Notes: generated by a model from the sequence alone, not told the origin. Numbered from the stretch's first letter, positions 18,871 through 28,027 are shown. The stretch: DNA of 64,000 nt from Bdellovibrionales bacterium (GCA_965219545.1 CBDCNX010000002.1:20761-84760), one strand, 5' to 3'. Numbers and translations: made by a program.

Positions 18871-18982
18871 TAGTCGGTCCTGAAATTTGACGCAGGTTTC
18901 AGACATATATACAAAAAGTTTCCCTCAGCCGATATTTTAGAATTGTATATAGAAACAAATGTGATTTTTTCAGGACCGACTA
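18871..18982. mobile_element. 112-bp MITE (family R3, short form)
   Basis: Perfect 15-bp terminal inverted repeats: TAGTCGGTCCTGAAA ... TTTCAGGACCGACTA. The outermost TA on each side could be a TA target duplication. Confidence 0.7.
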
Positions 18983-19002
18983 TGTTCTTTGCTCACAGAA
19001 AA

Positions 19003-19296
19003 TCATTTCCAAAGTTTACGGACAAGAACCAAACGTATCATATGCATATTGCTTTCAATATCATAGGAACAGGGTCTGCGGGGACCTCCCGGCCCACAAC
19101 TGTTATTACCAGAGCGATTGACTCTATATATCTTACCCCCCAAATCAATATATGAACCATCCACCCGTAAGGTCCAGTTTTTATCCAAAGCCATCTCAGC
19201 TCCAACACCAACAACCCAACCGGCGTGAGTGGAGCTATCATAGAAAGAATCATCGGGATCCTTCCATGGAGGAGTGTTCGGGCTATAATCAATATC
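19003..19296 (-). pseudogene. outer-membrane beta-barrel protein, C-terminal fragment (split by IS)
   Basis: It continues 20432..21013 in frame once the IS and one copy of the 9-bp duplication are removed (..VIDID|YSPNTPPW..). Alternating beta-strand pattern: GWVVGVGAEMALDKNWTLRVDGSYIDLG. Confidence 0.7.
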
Positions 19297-20431
19297 GGCG
19301 TTGTTGCACATAAAGGGATGAGTTTTACCAAAGTCCAGGCAGCAAAAATAACATAAAAAAACGCCTCCCCATAGTTTAAAGTCAATTTAAAAACAAAACT
19401 TAAACAACCAAGGATGGCTTTATGGGAAAGCGTCTTAAACTTCAACCAAATACCAAGGATGGTTTTTATGGGAAAGCGTCTTAAAAAGATTAACTGGAAA
19501 CCCTACAACAAGGAACTCATTAAACGGGGTTCCATCACTTTTTGGTTCTCAAAAGATGTAAAAAATGATTGGTTTGCAAATTCTGAGGGTGGTCGGGGCT
19601 TTCAACCCGTCTACTCAGACACAGCCATTAAAGCTATTTCCCTGATCCGTTTCCACTTTGGCCTGACTCTTCGCTCAGTCCAGGGATTTACCGAAAGTCT
19701 GTTAAAACTCATGGGAGTCTCTCTGCCTGTTCCCGATTATTCCACCTTGAGTCGTCGTTTAAGAAAATGTTCCATAGACCTTGGTAAAGTCAAATCAAAA
19801 GAGCCTGTTCATGCCGTCATTGACTCTACGGGTTTGAAGGTTTTCGGAGAGGGGGAGTGGAAGGTTCGTCAGCACGGCTATGCAAAGAGAAGGACCTGGA
19901 GGAAACTTCATTTATGTCTTGATGAGGAAACTGGAGAGATTTTATCAACCTGTTTAACGGACAATTCCTTTAAGGATTCAGAGGTTTTTGGGGATTTGGT
20001 AGGAGATCTTGAGGATCATGTTTCCCGGATCAGTGCTGATGGGGCCTATGATTGCGGGGATTGTTGGGATCATTGCCAGAGAAACGATATTGTGGCTTTG
20101 ATTCCACCCAGGAAGGGGGCCAGGATCGGGAAACATGGCAATAACAAGTCTCCTCCAAAGCAGAGGGATGAAGTGATTCGTTCTATTCGCAAAGGGGGAA
20201 AAAGGAAATGGAAAAAGGAGAGTGGTTACAGTCGTCGGTCTATTGCCGAGACAGCCATGTATCGTTTCAAACAACTCCTTGGAGAAAAGCTCAGTTCAAG
20301 GAATTTTACGAATCAGGCCATGGAGGTCTTTATAAAATCTAAAATCCTCAACCAAATGACTGTCCCTTCCGCTCTTTGATCTCAAATACTATAGGAAACT
20401 CTCATCTCAATTCTCTATGTGCAACAACGCC
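19297..20431 (+). mobile_element. IS5-family (IS903-group-like) insertion sequence, copy 1
   Basis: Inverted repeats GGCGTTGTTGCACATA / TATGTGCAACAACGCC. 9-bp direct duplication ATCAATATC at 19288-19296 and 20432-20440. Confidence 0.9.
19459..20379 (+). CDS. IS5/IS903-type DDE transposase
   Basis: NWKPYNKELIKRGSITFWF...YSDTAI..ISLIRFHFGLTLRS.QGFTESLL...VPDYSTLSRR...IDSTGLKV.GEGEW...ADGAYD. The start is aligned with copy 2 (MVFMGKRL). The 5' leader carries a ~29-bp internal duplication relative to copy 2. Confidence 0.9.
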   Translation: MVFMGKRLKKINWKPYNKELIKRGSITFWFSKDVKNDWFANSEGGRGFQPVYSDTAIKAISLIRFHFGLTLRSVQGFTESLLKLMGVSLPVPDYSTLSRRLRKCSIDLGKVKSKEPVHAVIDSTGLKVFGEGEWKVRQHGYAKRRTWRKLHLCLDEETGEILSTCLTDNSFKDSEVFGDLVGDLEDHVSRISADGAYDCGDCWDHCQRNDIVALIPPRKGARIGKHGNNKSPPKQRDEVIRSIRKGGKRKWKKESGYSRRSIAETAMYRFKQLLGEKLSSRNFTNQAMEVFIKSKILNQMTVPSAL

Positions 20432-21013
20432 ATCAATATCTATAACAGAATTGGAAACCCGGGCCACCGCCAGTCCCCCATTAAGAAACGCCTTCACAGG
20501 GCCAAAATCTTTTTCAATACCCACTCGTGCCGTAAAAAGTGATGAAACATCAGTCTGTACTGTTTCATCCAGACCTATTGGATCAAGTCTGTTTGAACTT
20601 GCTGAAAAATCATTTCCAAAGGCACCATCAATTTCAATTCTGATAGGCACACCATTGATGTACACCCTTGTACCGGCCAGTATACCGACAATGGGATCAG
20701 TTTCTTCATATTTAACAGATGAACCGGAATGCCCCCAGTTCGCAAAACCCTCCAGGTCGGTATGTCTATTGTTTAAATCGCCGGAACCAACAAAAACACC
20801 AACATAGTAATCTTCTCCCAAAACAAGGGTATCAATATCATCAACTTCCGCTTGATCTTCATTCGATCTTTCCGAAGCACTTGAAGGAAAACCACCAGTT
20901 AGTATCAGGAAAGCAGACAGCATAAAAAAACCAGAAAACCGTTTTAAAAAAACGAAACAAAAGACAAACGCATAAAGTGAACGCAGTAAAGTCCATAAAG
21001 ATATTTTGTTCAT
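20432..21013 (-). pseudogene. outer-membrane beta-barrel protein, N-terminal fragment (split by IS)
   Basis: Signal-like N-terminus, then beta-barrel-like YYVGVFVGSG...GILAGTRV...IEIDGAFG. The track ORF (20402..21013) reads into the IS end. Confidence 0.7.
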
Positions 21014-21198
21014 AATTTTCTCCTTTAAAAAAGTTAATTATAAAAAAGATAACTAAAAAAAATCAAATACTTACGTTCTGCGACTAACCTGGTTATAATT
21101 TTAATAATTCAATTCATATAAAATAATATGTTGCTAATATCTTGTACCAAAAAAAACTATTATGTGAAAACAATTATTTCATGATAAACAGAGGACCC

Positions 21199-23169
21199 AT
21201 GTTTTTGCTTTTGAAAAAAATAAATCATTTTATCCTGTTTGCTTTTATTTTTATGTTTCTATCCAAAAACTCATGGGGAGATTTCAGTAAAGATGAAGTC
21301 AGAAAAGTGTGGAGGGATACTGGTTACAGTTTTGAAATACTGTTCAATGAATTGAGTACGGATCATTGTCACAAATCCGAGAAAACTTTTTCCGCCTGTA
21401 TGATGGCCTTTCATAAATTTCTTTCATCCATGGAACACAACGGACCTTATCAGTTGAGAGTTTCCAACCTTAATCAGTTGGAAATTGTTCCTTTTATTGA
21501 ACAGAACAATGGAAAATCTGAAGAGACATCCTCCAGAGAAAAACGCAAAGAATCCTTCCGTTCGTTTTTTCATAAAGCCATGGGTTCAACCAAAGCTTTT
21601 GATAACATTGTCCAAAAAATTCGTAAACTTGCAGAAGAAATCCCCGAAGAGGATCAAAGTTATTTCGCCGGAACAGTCTACAATGCTTACCTGAAAGAAG
21701 CTTTTGATCCCAATACCAAATTGTACCCCAAAGAATTGAAATACAAAAAAAAGAAGGAGCATTTTGGAATAAATGCCTCAGCCATGTTTTATAAAATGGA
21801 TGGAGAACTTTTTTTGGCAACAAGTCCTTATAAAGGTTCTTTAGCAGAAGCCATGGGTCTTGGAAAAGGGGATATTATTTTAAATATTGACGGTTTTGAT
21901 ATCAGTCAAACCAGAAATATCAATGATGTGGTTGACAGACTTAAAGGACCCGAAGAAGCTCTGACACTTAAAGTTCACAGCTTCTGTGATGATGAAATCA
22001 GGGAAATAACACTCGATCGTGAACTTGTTTCCAAGTCAGCCAATTGGGTGGAAGACAGTTATTTTGTAAAGCTGATTGAAAGGGAGCCCCTGGACTGCGA
22101 ACCTGGAAGCAAAACACAGTCTGCTGACATCCATGACGGGGGAGCTGCTTCGGATTCCACAGTCATCAGCCAGGGGGGCCTCCAACCAACAGCTCTTTAT
22201 GTGTCTTTGGAAGCTTTCTTTTCTTCCTCTCCCACTCAAACCTCCTCTTCTTCATTTCCTCCTCTGTGCCTTGAATTCCTCAAGTTACAGAAAAAGGATC
22301 TTATGAATCCTTCCAGTCTGGGAATGATCATTGATCTCCGGGGCAATAAGGGAGGACTCGTTCATGAAGTTTCCTGTATGTTAAACTCCCTCATCAGTGA
22401 TGACGGTATTATAACAACCCAATTACCAGTCAGTGTCGTAGAAAGTGAATTTTTGGAAACTTACAAAAAAATTAAACGTACAAGTTATTATTTTACCGAA
22501 AATGGTTTTCTCGCTGATAGATCCCAGACTTCTTACTTCACTTATAATAAAAATATCATTGTTCTGGTGGACGACCAATCAATAAGTGGTGCTGAATTTT
22601 TTGCAGGAACCATACAGGATATGAAAAGGGGATGGGTGATTGGTGATCGTACTTTTGGCAAAGGTAATTTTCAGACTGTAATTCCTTTCCCTATCCCTGG
22701 AGTCAATGACCACCACAAACCTCTTCAATTGAATTTGACATCAGGAATCTATACATTTAACAGCGGACGATCCCCTCAGGATTACGGAATTATCCCGGAT
22801 TTTCGTTTTTCATTTATTGGTGAACCAATAGTAACAAACCCTGATTTCACTCCTCATGAAAGTCATCCATTTCTTGATAATATTCAATTTGAAAACACCC
22901 CCTGGAAACAAAACCGGCCTGAGGAAGTGGCCCAATTGGAAGCCTGTATTAAAAACAATCCATGGAGTGTGAGTGAAGCCTTGAGAAAAAAAAATCAGGA
23001 GGATAAAAGATACCGTCGTCCCTTTATTAGCGACTATCCCCTTGAATTGGCAAAAGATATCATGGCGTGTTCCCCACGACAATTTCCCGTTTTAAGACAT
23101 TCTTATCCATCATCCATACCTTTTAGAAAAATAGAACATACAGATGATGAGAACCTCTTAAATCCATAG
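21199..23169 (+). CDS. S41-family (C-terminal processing/tail-specific) peptidase with PDZ domain, paralog 1
   Basis: PDZ: SPYKGSLAEAMGLGKGDIILNIDG. S41 motifs IIDLRGNKGG and VLVDDQSISGAEFFAGTIQD..RGWVIGDRTFGKG. Start chosen at MFLLLKK (signal-like); the track start at 21142 is a TTG. Confidence 0.8.
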   Translation: MFLLLKKINHFILFAFIFMFLSKNSWGDFSKDEVRKVWRDTGYSFEILFNELSTDHCHKSEKTFSACMMAFHKFLSSMEHNGPYQLRVSNLNQLEIVPFIEQNNGKSEETSSREKRKESFRSFFHKAMGSTKAFDNIVQKIRKLAEEIPEEDQSYFAGTVYNAYLKEAFDPNTKLYPKELKYKKKKEHFGINASAMFYKMDGELFLATSPYKGSLAEAMGLGKGDIILNIDGFDISQTRNINDVVDRLKGPEEALTLKVHSFCDDEIREITLDRELVSKSANWVEDSYFVKLIEREPLDCEPGSKTQSADIHDGGAASDSTVISQGGLQPTALYVSLEAFFSSSPTQTSSSSFPPLCLEFLKLQKKDLMNPSSLGMIIDLRGNKGGLVHEVSCMLNSLISDDGIITTQLPVSVVESEFLETYKKIKRTSYYFTENGFLADRSQTSYFTYNKNIIVLVDDQSISGAEFFAGTIQDMKRGWVIGDRTFGKGNFQTVIPFPIPGVNDHHKPLQLNLTSGIYTFNSGRSPQDYGIIPDFRFSFIGEPIVTNPDFTPHESHPFLDNIQFENTPWKQNRPEEVAQLEACIKNNPWSVSEALRKKNQEDKRYRRPFISDYPLELAKDIMACSPRQFPVLRHSYPSSIPFRKIEHTDDENLLNP

Positions 23170-23248
23170 GCTCTACTTTGTTTTTAAAACCAGGACTTTC
23201 GTAAAGCTCCTAAAACTCAAGACACCGGACCAAAAAGCCGAACCAAGT

Positions 23249-23321
23249 TATATGATTCTATCTGAATTTTCCGGCCTTTCAGGAAGGGAAAGTCCGTGAA
23301 ATTTTAAATACGATCAGTATA
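23249..23321. repeat. degenerate R1 copy
   Basis: TATATGATTCTATCTGAATTTTCCGG...AAATACGATCAGTATA. Confidence 0.55.
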
Positions 23322-23350
23322 TAGAGGATTTGTTAATGAAAAAAGACACC

Positions 23351-23417
23351 GAAGACCATTTGTTTTCATGTAACTTTCATAGGAAAATTCCATGAAAATT
23401 CAAACACGATCAAAATA
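23351..23417. repeat. R1 copy lacking one terminus
   Basis: GAAGACCATTTGTTTTCATGTAACTTTCATAGGAAAATTCCATGAAAATTCAAACACGATCAAAATA. Confidence 0.7.
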
Positions 23418-23430
23418 TTCACTAATTCAA

Positions 23431-24141
23431 ATGGATCGATTCTTTTTTTTCTGTTCCATGAACTGTTTTTTTCTTCTGTTCATCTGCTTTTTTCCCTTAT
23501 CTTCCAAAGCAAAACAGAGAGAAATATATCCGGCAGGAATAAAAATAAATCAGAGTCAGAGGCAAATAAACCCTCAGAAAATTGTAGAAAACCTTCAGGA
23601 AACCGTTGAAGAAATTGTGGATCAATTCCTGGATAACTTAATAACAACATCTATTTCCAGGAGGGATGAAGCTGAAAAAAATGCCGACCTTGTGAAAATC
23701 CTTCAAAAAGACTGTGATATGACAACAATTGCCCGCAATGTTCTGGGAGAGGAACATTGGGATCAGGCCGACTCCACACAAAGAAGTGCTTTTGTCAGGG
23801 CTTTCACAGGATATTTCGCCAGGAAACTGAAACCCGGTTTGAAAGATCTTGGGGAATATACAATAAAACCCGGACAAACAACACAAACCACAGAATATTA
23901 TGTAGTCCATTACTACTTCCAAAAGGCAAGAAACAGAAAAAACATTAAATGGAAAGTCTCAAATTCAAATGAAGACAGCTCTCCCAAAATTGTTGATTTA
24001 TCACTCAATAATTTCTCTTTAACCGACCATGAAAGAGGAAGGATTCAAAAATTACTGACAGAATATGACAATGATCTGGATGACGTGATTCAATATTTGG
24101 AATCAAAAGGAATAATTGCACAAGATTCAGAAAAAGCCTGA
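23431..24141 (+). CDS. MlaC/Ttg2D-family lipid-binding periplasmic protein
   Basis: Signal peptide MDRFFFFCSMNCFFLLFICFFPLSSKA, then the MlaC-like D..TIARNVLG..W......QR.AF..AF..Y. The track start at 23392 lies inside a repeat. Confidence 0.6.
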   Translation: MDRFFFFCSMNCFFLLFICFFPLSSKAKQREIYPAGIKINQSQRQINPQKIVENLQETVEEIVDQFLDNLITTSISRRDEAEKNADLVKILQKDCDMTTIARNVLGEEHWDQADSTQRSAFVRAFTGYFARKLKPGLKDLGEYTIKPGQTTQTTEYYVVHYYFQKARNRKNIKWKVSNSNEDSSPKIVDLSLNNFSLTDHERGRIQKLLTEYDNDLDDVIQYLESKGIIAQDSEKA

Positions 24142-24197
24142 AAAATGATAGTCATTTAAAAACTCCACTGAAAAAATGGACATCCAAAAGATAAGTT

Positions 24198-25171
24198 ATG
24201 AAAAGATATATTCGTTTCCCAACAGATCATTATTTTAAACACAATAAGCTCAATGACATATCAGAGTGGAAACGTCATGAAGGCGAATGGATGGGAACCA
24301 GAGAAAAATTTATAATTTCTCCTTCAAACAGTGATTATCCCAAATATATGGTGAAATTTCCAAAATACGGATCCAATGAAACAAAAATAGAATTGTTCAA
24401 TTGTTTTTTGGGATTAAACCTTAATCTCAGAATTGCCTCTTATTTTCCCTGTATTTACAAAGGAAAATACGGAGTGGTGACTAAAAGTTTTTTGAAAAAC
24501 AAGTCAGAATTATGGGAAATGAAAGAGTTAATTTGTCATCACTCAGACCTTCCCAATTTAAAAGAAAAAATGGGAAGAGATACTGATGTTCTAAAAGAAC
24601 ATAACATAGATATATTTTTCTTATCCTGAACAATGAATTTGGCAATAAAGTTCTTTACGATTTTTTTCGTATGATCGGATTTGATTGTCTTATTGGTCAT
24701 GGAGACAGACACTGGACCAATTATGGAGTCATTCTGGAAGAAAAAAACCAAGAAGAATCTCTTAATTATAAATTTGCTCCCATTTATGATACCGCATCTG
24801 GTTATCTTCTTGAAATGACAGATGAAAAACTGAGAAAAATGATAAAAACAGGTAAATTAAACAACGAAAATTGGCATAAACCCAAGAAAAAAGCTCTGTG
24901 TAAGATTATCTGCAAACAGGACATTAAAACCAACCATATAGAGCTTTTTGAATATATCATTGACAATCCTGATTTCGATAAATATGTAAAATACCTTGTT
25001 GAGCCGATAGAAAGGTTTAATACTAAGCTGGTCAAATACATATTAAAGAACAGTTTTTATCTGAAAGACCTTTTACCAGATCGACAGTTTGCTATAATAA
25101 GAATTCTGGAAATGAGAAAAAAGATTTTAGAATCAATTATAGAAAGATATAAGAGGCAAAAAAATGTTTAA
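24198..25171 (+). pseudogene. HipA-family Ser/Thr kinase core (no N-subdomain 1), split by a 1-nt frameshift
   Basis: MGTREKFII (GAQxK-like ATP loop) in ORF 24198..24629. FDCLIGHGDRHWTNYG catalytic loop and PIYDTASG in ORF 24671..25171. The second frame is open from 24605, and the switch sits in the T5 run at 24615-24619. Confidence 0.7.
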
Positions 25172-25577
25172 ATCCATTTTGGAACTCATTAAAAATGGTC
25201 ATAAGGCTGAATCTGACAAACGTAATGATAATATCGTACTTAAGATCATGACAAGAGAGAAAGTCATAGCCCGTCTTTCCACTGAAAATAATGGAAAGAT
25301 TTTTACCCTTACCTACACGGAGGACTTTAACACTTCAGGGGTTCCTCCTTTCAACATGAATTTTTTTGAAAAACCTGAAATTGGAAAAGTCTACAAAAGT
25401 GAGGTCCTCTGGTATCCTTTTGCAGCGAGAATACCCAGTCCATCACGTCCTGATTTCCAGGAAGCAATGGACAAAGCCGGGCTCAAAGGGGATGAACCTG
25501 TTTTGGAAATCATTGGAAAAGTTTCCAGAATCAGTATTTCCCGCTCCTGGTCAATCCATTTTGGGACAGCCGCTTGA
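25164..25577 (+). CDS. HipA N-terminal-subdomain-like (HipS-like) protein
   Basis: Overlaps the kinase stop (ATGTTTAA). IVLKIM.REKVIARL....NGKIFTLTY and YPFAARIPSPSRPDF...VLEIIGKVSRISISRSW parallel the E. coli HipA N-terminus (VGEL...FKY; FFDNLLPDSPIVRDRI...LLSEIGRDSVGAV). Confidence 0.5.
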   Translation: MFKSILELIKNGHKAESDKRNDNIVLKIMTREKVIARLSTENNGKIFTLTYTEDFNTSGVPPFNMNFFEKPEIGKVYKSEVLWYPFAARIPSPSRPDFQEAMDKAGLKGDEPVLEIIGKVSRISISRSWSIHFGTAA

Positions 25578-25759
25578 TTATATATTTTCAATTTTTCTGT
25601 TTCATTTCACAAGAAGAAATCCCGATTGTTTTTATTTTAAACTTAAGCAATTCTGTCATCTTGATCCATCGACCGGATTCTTTCCAAAGATCTGCCGGTT
25701 GAACCATAGGCATGAGAATTTCATGACAGTTGACATAGTAAGGCTATGAATTTATAACT

Positions 25760-25816
25760 TATACTGAAGACCATTTGTTTTTCATGTAACTTTGAGAGAC
25801 CACTTGTTTTAAGCGG
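25760..25816. repeat. R1-variant element (TATACTGAAGACCATTTGTTTTTCATGTAACTTTGAGAGACCACTTGTTTTAAGCGG)
   Basis: Same as 48865-48913. It contributes the last codons and the stop of the antitoxin gene at 25809. Confidence 0.75.
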
Positions 25817-26108
25817 CTCCCTCTTCAATGCCTTTTATTCCCAAAGTGAGTCCAAAGGGTTTAAGCATTTTCTCAAGGGTTTCTTTAGTTGGATTGTATT
25901 CCAGGTTGATAGCCCTCTGGACTGTGGCAGGTGTTAAATCAATAAGACAGCAAAACTCCTTAACACCATAACCACGGATTGTTTTCCCCAAAGCCTCCTG
26001 TAAAGAATCCCCCTCATCAATCAAATCTGAAAGAAAGTCCCTGGCAAAATCAAGATCATTGAGTTTTTCAGCCAATGTTTCGTTCCAATCAACAGATCTT
26101 TTAGGCAT
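25809..26108 (-). CDS. HTH antitoxin (HigA / addiction-module antidote family)
   Basis: 99 aa. Its start lies 1 nt downstream of the end of a RelE/HigB-like ORF. HTH-like segment GVKEFCCLIDLTPATVQRAIN. Confidence 0.65.
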   Translation of the reverse strand: MPKRSVDWNETLAEKLNDLDFARDFLSDLIDEGDSLQEALGKTIRGYGVKEFCCLIDLTPATVQRAINLEYNPTKETLEKMLKPFGLTLGIKGIEEGAA

Positions 26109-26109
26109 T

Positions 26110-26424
26110 TTAATCCTCCAAATAATTCTTTAAATAAACTTCAGCTTTTTTAATATCTTTTCTTTGTCCTGATTTATCACCACCACATAACAACAACACA
26201 ATTTCCCTATCCAGTTTTGCAAAATAGAGCCTGTATCCTGGACCAAAAAAGAACCTGGCCTCAAAAATATTTTTACTGATTCTTTTATGATCCCCAAAGT
26301 TGCCATCCTGAAATCGGGCGATACGGGCAAGTATTTTCGATTGGTATCTTCTGTCCAGTTTATCCAGCCACAGCTTAAAAGGTCTTTTCCCATTTTCATC
26401 CAGATATTCTTTGATGGTGAACAT
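26110..26424 (-). CDS. RelE/ParE-superfamily toxin (HigB-like addiction-module killer)
   Basis: F..WLDKL.......I.ARI.RF.DGNFGDHK.I...I.E.RF..GPGYRLYF......IVLLLCGGDKS.Q..DI..A. This is the typical killer-protein pattern. Confidence 0.7.
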   Translation of the reverse strand: MFTIKEYLDENGKRPFKLWLDKLDRRYQSKILARIARFQDGNFGDHKRISKNIFEARFFFGPGYRLYFAKLDREIVLLLCGGDKSGQRKDIKKAEVYLKNYLED

Positions 26425-26474
26425 AACACTCCTAATAAATATCATATATGATATTTATTATCAAGCCTGTTTTT

Positions 26475-26744
26475 TTAAAAAAATCCCCTCCTGAAACCTG
26501 CGTCTAATTTCAGGACCGACTGGAAAAAATCAATGATAAGGCAAAGGTTTTCCAATGTGGGATTGCTGTCATCCTTGCACATATCATAAAGGGTTGTCCG
26601 GGGGATTCCTGTAGATTCGGAAATAGAGGTTCCCCCAAAGCGTTTTATCAAAGCATAGAGAGATGATTTAATATCATCGGCATCCCCGTCATTCCAGGCT
26701 TCAAAAAAGCTCTGGATAAGTTCGGAATCCGAGTATTTATTCAT
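26475..26744 (-). CDS. HTH antitoxin (HigA-like), C-terminus replaced by a repeat end
   Basis: ...ISESTGIPRTTLYDM....NPTLENL. The start at MNKYSD gives an 8-nt ATGAATAA-type overlap with the toxin. The last ~10 codons lie in the solo R3 terminus at 26490..26521. Confidence 0.55.
   Translation of the reverse strand: MNKYSDSELIQSFFEAWNDGDADDIKSSLYALIKRFGGTSISESTGIPRTTLYDMCKDDSNPTLENLCLIIDFFQSVLKLDAGFRRGFF
26490..26521 (-). repeat. solo terminus of MITE family R3
   Basis: Reverse complement of AGTCGGTCCTGAAATTAGACGCAGGTTTCAGG. Confidence 0.7.
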
Positions 26745-27012
26745 ATTCTTTGATTCTCGTTTCGCCATTTTTTACTCCATCCAAAAGTTTTTTCGCTGTT
26801 TTAATATCTTTACTCTGTTTGTCTTTGTGACCACCTAAAAGCAAAATAACACCGTCAATTTCAGCACAGTACAGACGAAAGGCTCCCATAGCTCCTGTTT
26901 TCCATTTAATCTCCCAGAATGTTATCAAACCTTTTGTGAAATCCCGTGTTTCCATCCACAAGCCGTTGAATCCTCTGGTCAATTCTGATTCTAAGAGAAC
27001 GATCAACACCAC
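26737..27012 (-). CDS. RelE/HigB-like toxin (Gp49/DUF891-like)
   Basis: ...EIKWKTG.MGAFRLYCAEIDGVILLLGGHKDKQSKDIKTAKKLL. The start codon is uncertain. Confidence 0.5.
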   Translation of the reverse strand: MVLIVLLESELTRGFNGLWMETRDFTKGLITFWEIKWKTGAMGAFRLYCAEIDGVILLLGGHKDKQSKDIKTAKKLLDGVKNGETRIKEYE

Positions 27013-27310
27013 TGATCCATGAGGAGAATTCTTCGGTACATTTCACAATAACAGTTGTACGATAAATCATACAGATTGTCAAGACTTAATCAGATCAGCC
27101 CTTATCAGGTAAGATTCTTAAATAAAAAATGAACAAAAAAATAAAAAAGATTTTTTCTTTGAAATGTCCAGAAATACAAATGTCAAAAAAGAGCAAAGTA
27201 TGCAAAGCAGTCAGAGGAAATTTCAAAAATTGAGAACAAGAAAAATCAATAGGTTAGAGAAAAGAGAATAGGAAAAAAAGAAACACTCCCCCTCCCATAT
27301 ATACTTTTAT

Positions 27311-27334
27311 AAATCTATAATAAACTATAGATTT
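27311..27334. promoter_or_regulatory. candidate operator: 9-bp inverted repeat AAATCTATA-N6-TATAGATTT immediately upstream of the MerR-family gene
   Basis: A perfect palindrome ending 8 nt before the ATG at 27343. MerR-type regulators commonly bind dyads in their own promoter. Confidence 0.3.
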
Positions 27335-27342
27335 ATGACTCA

Positions 27343-27753
27343 ATGCGTGTTATATCCACGAAAATGAAGGAATTACGAAAAAAAATCCATCCTAACAGTG
27401 GATTTATTCCCATTGGAAAGCTCTCAAAGAAAACGAACCTAAAAGTCGTGACGATCCGTTATTATGAGAGTTTAAAACTTCTTCCTGACCCCAGACGAAA
27501 AGCTTCCCCTAAAAACAGAAAATACTCGGAAGCCTATGTTTCAAGGCTTGTCTTCATCAAAAAGGCCAGGGACTTGGGGTTCTCCCTCAAGGAAATATCA
27601 GAAATGATCCGATGGGTGGAGAAAGAAAAGAAAATCCCCAGAAAGAGCCTTGTAAAAAAAGTCTATGCAAAAATGGATATTATTGAACAAAAAATCCTCC
27701 AACTCAGAAGTCTTAGAAGGGAGCTTTATAAATTGCTTACAGGGGAGTCATGA
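27343..27753 (+). CDS. MerR-family transcriptional regulator
   Basis: IGKLSKKTNLKVVTIRYYESLKLL...YSEAYVSRLVFIKKARDLGFSLKEI, followed by a coiled-coil tail. Confidence 0.75.
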   Translation: MRVISTKMKELRKKIHPNSGFIPIGKLSKKTNLKVVTIRYYESLKLLPDPRRKASPKNRKYSEAYVSRLVFIKKARDLGFSLKEISEMIRWVEKEKKIPRKSLVKKVYAKMDIIEQKILQLRSLRRELYKLLTGES

Positions 27754-28027
27754 AAGTATTGAAATGAAATTGACTGAAAAATCTATAAAATGGAAAAAAT
27801 GGGAGTGAGAAAGTATTCCAAATCGAGATATATTCCGTTTTTTATCCATATTTAAGTAATTGATTTTACTTGTGAATTAAAGACTTGTTTCATAATGACT
27901 GAATTTTAAAAAGGTTAGACTTCCCATTCAATCCAAAGATATTTGTCTTTTTACTTGAAATAAACCGAACTTTGACCGATATTGATTTTAGAAGTTGTGT
28001 TTTTTCTCAGTGCAAAAAGGAAATACT

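Noticed and set aside
19038-19445. 135-aa minus-strand ORF spanning the IS5 left end and the OMP fragment
   Set aside because: It is out of frame with the OMP fragment that rejoins cleanly across the IS, and it crosses the IS boundary. It is therefore an insertion artefact.
26130-26429. Alternative-frame 99-aa ORF overlapping the HigB-like toxin gene
   Set aside because: The other frame (26110..26424) carries the GPGYRLYF...LLLCGGDKS killer-protein pattern. This frame has none.
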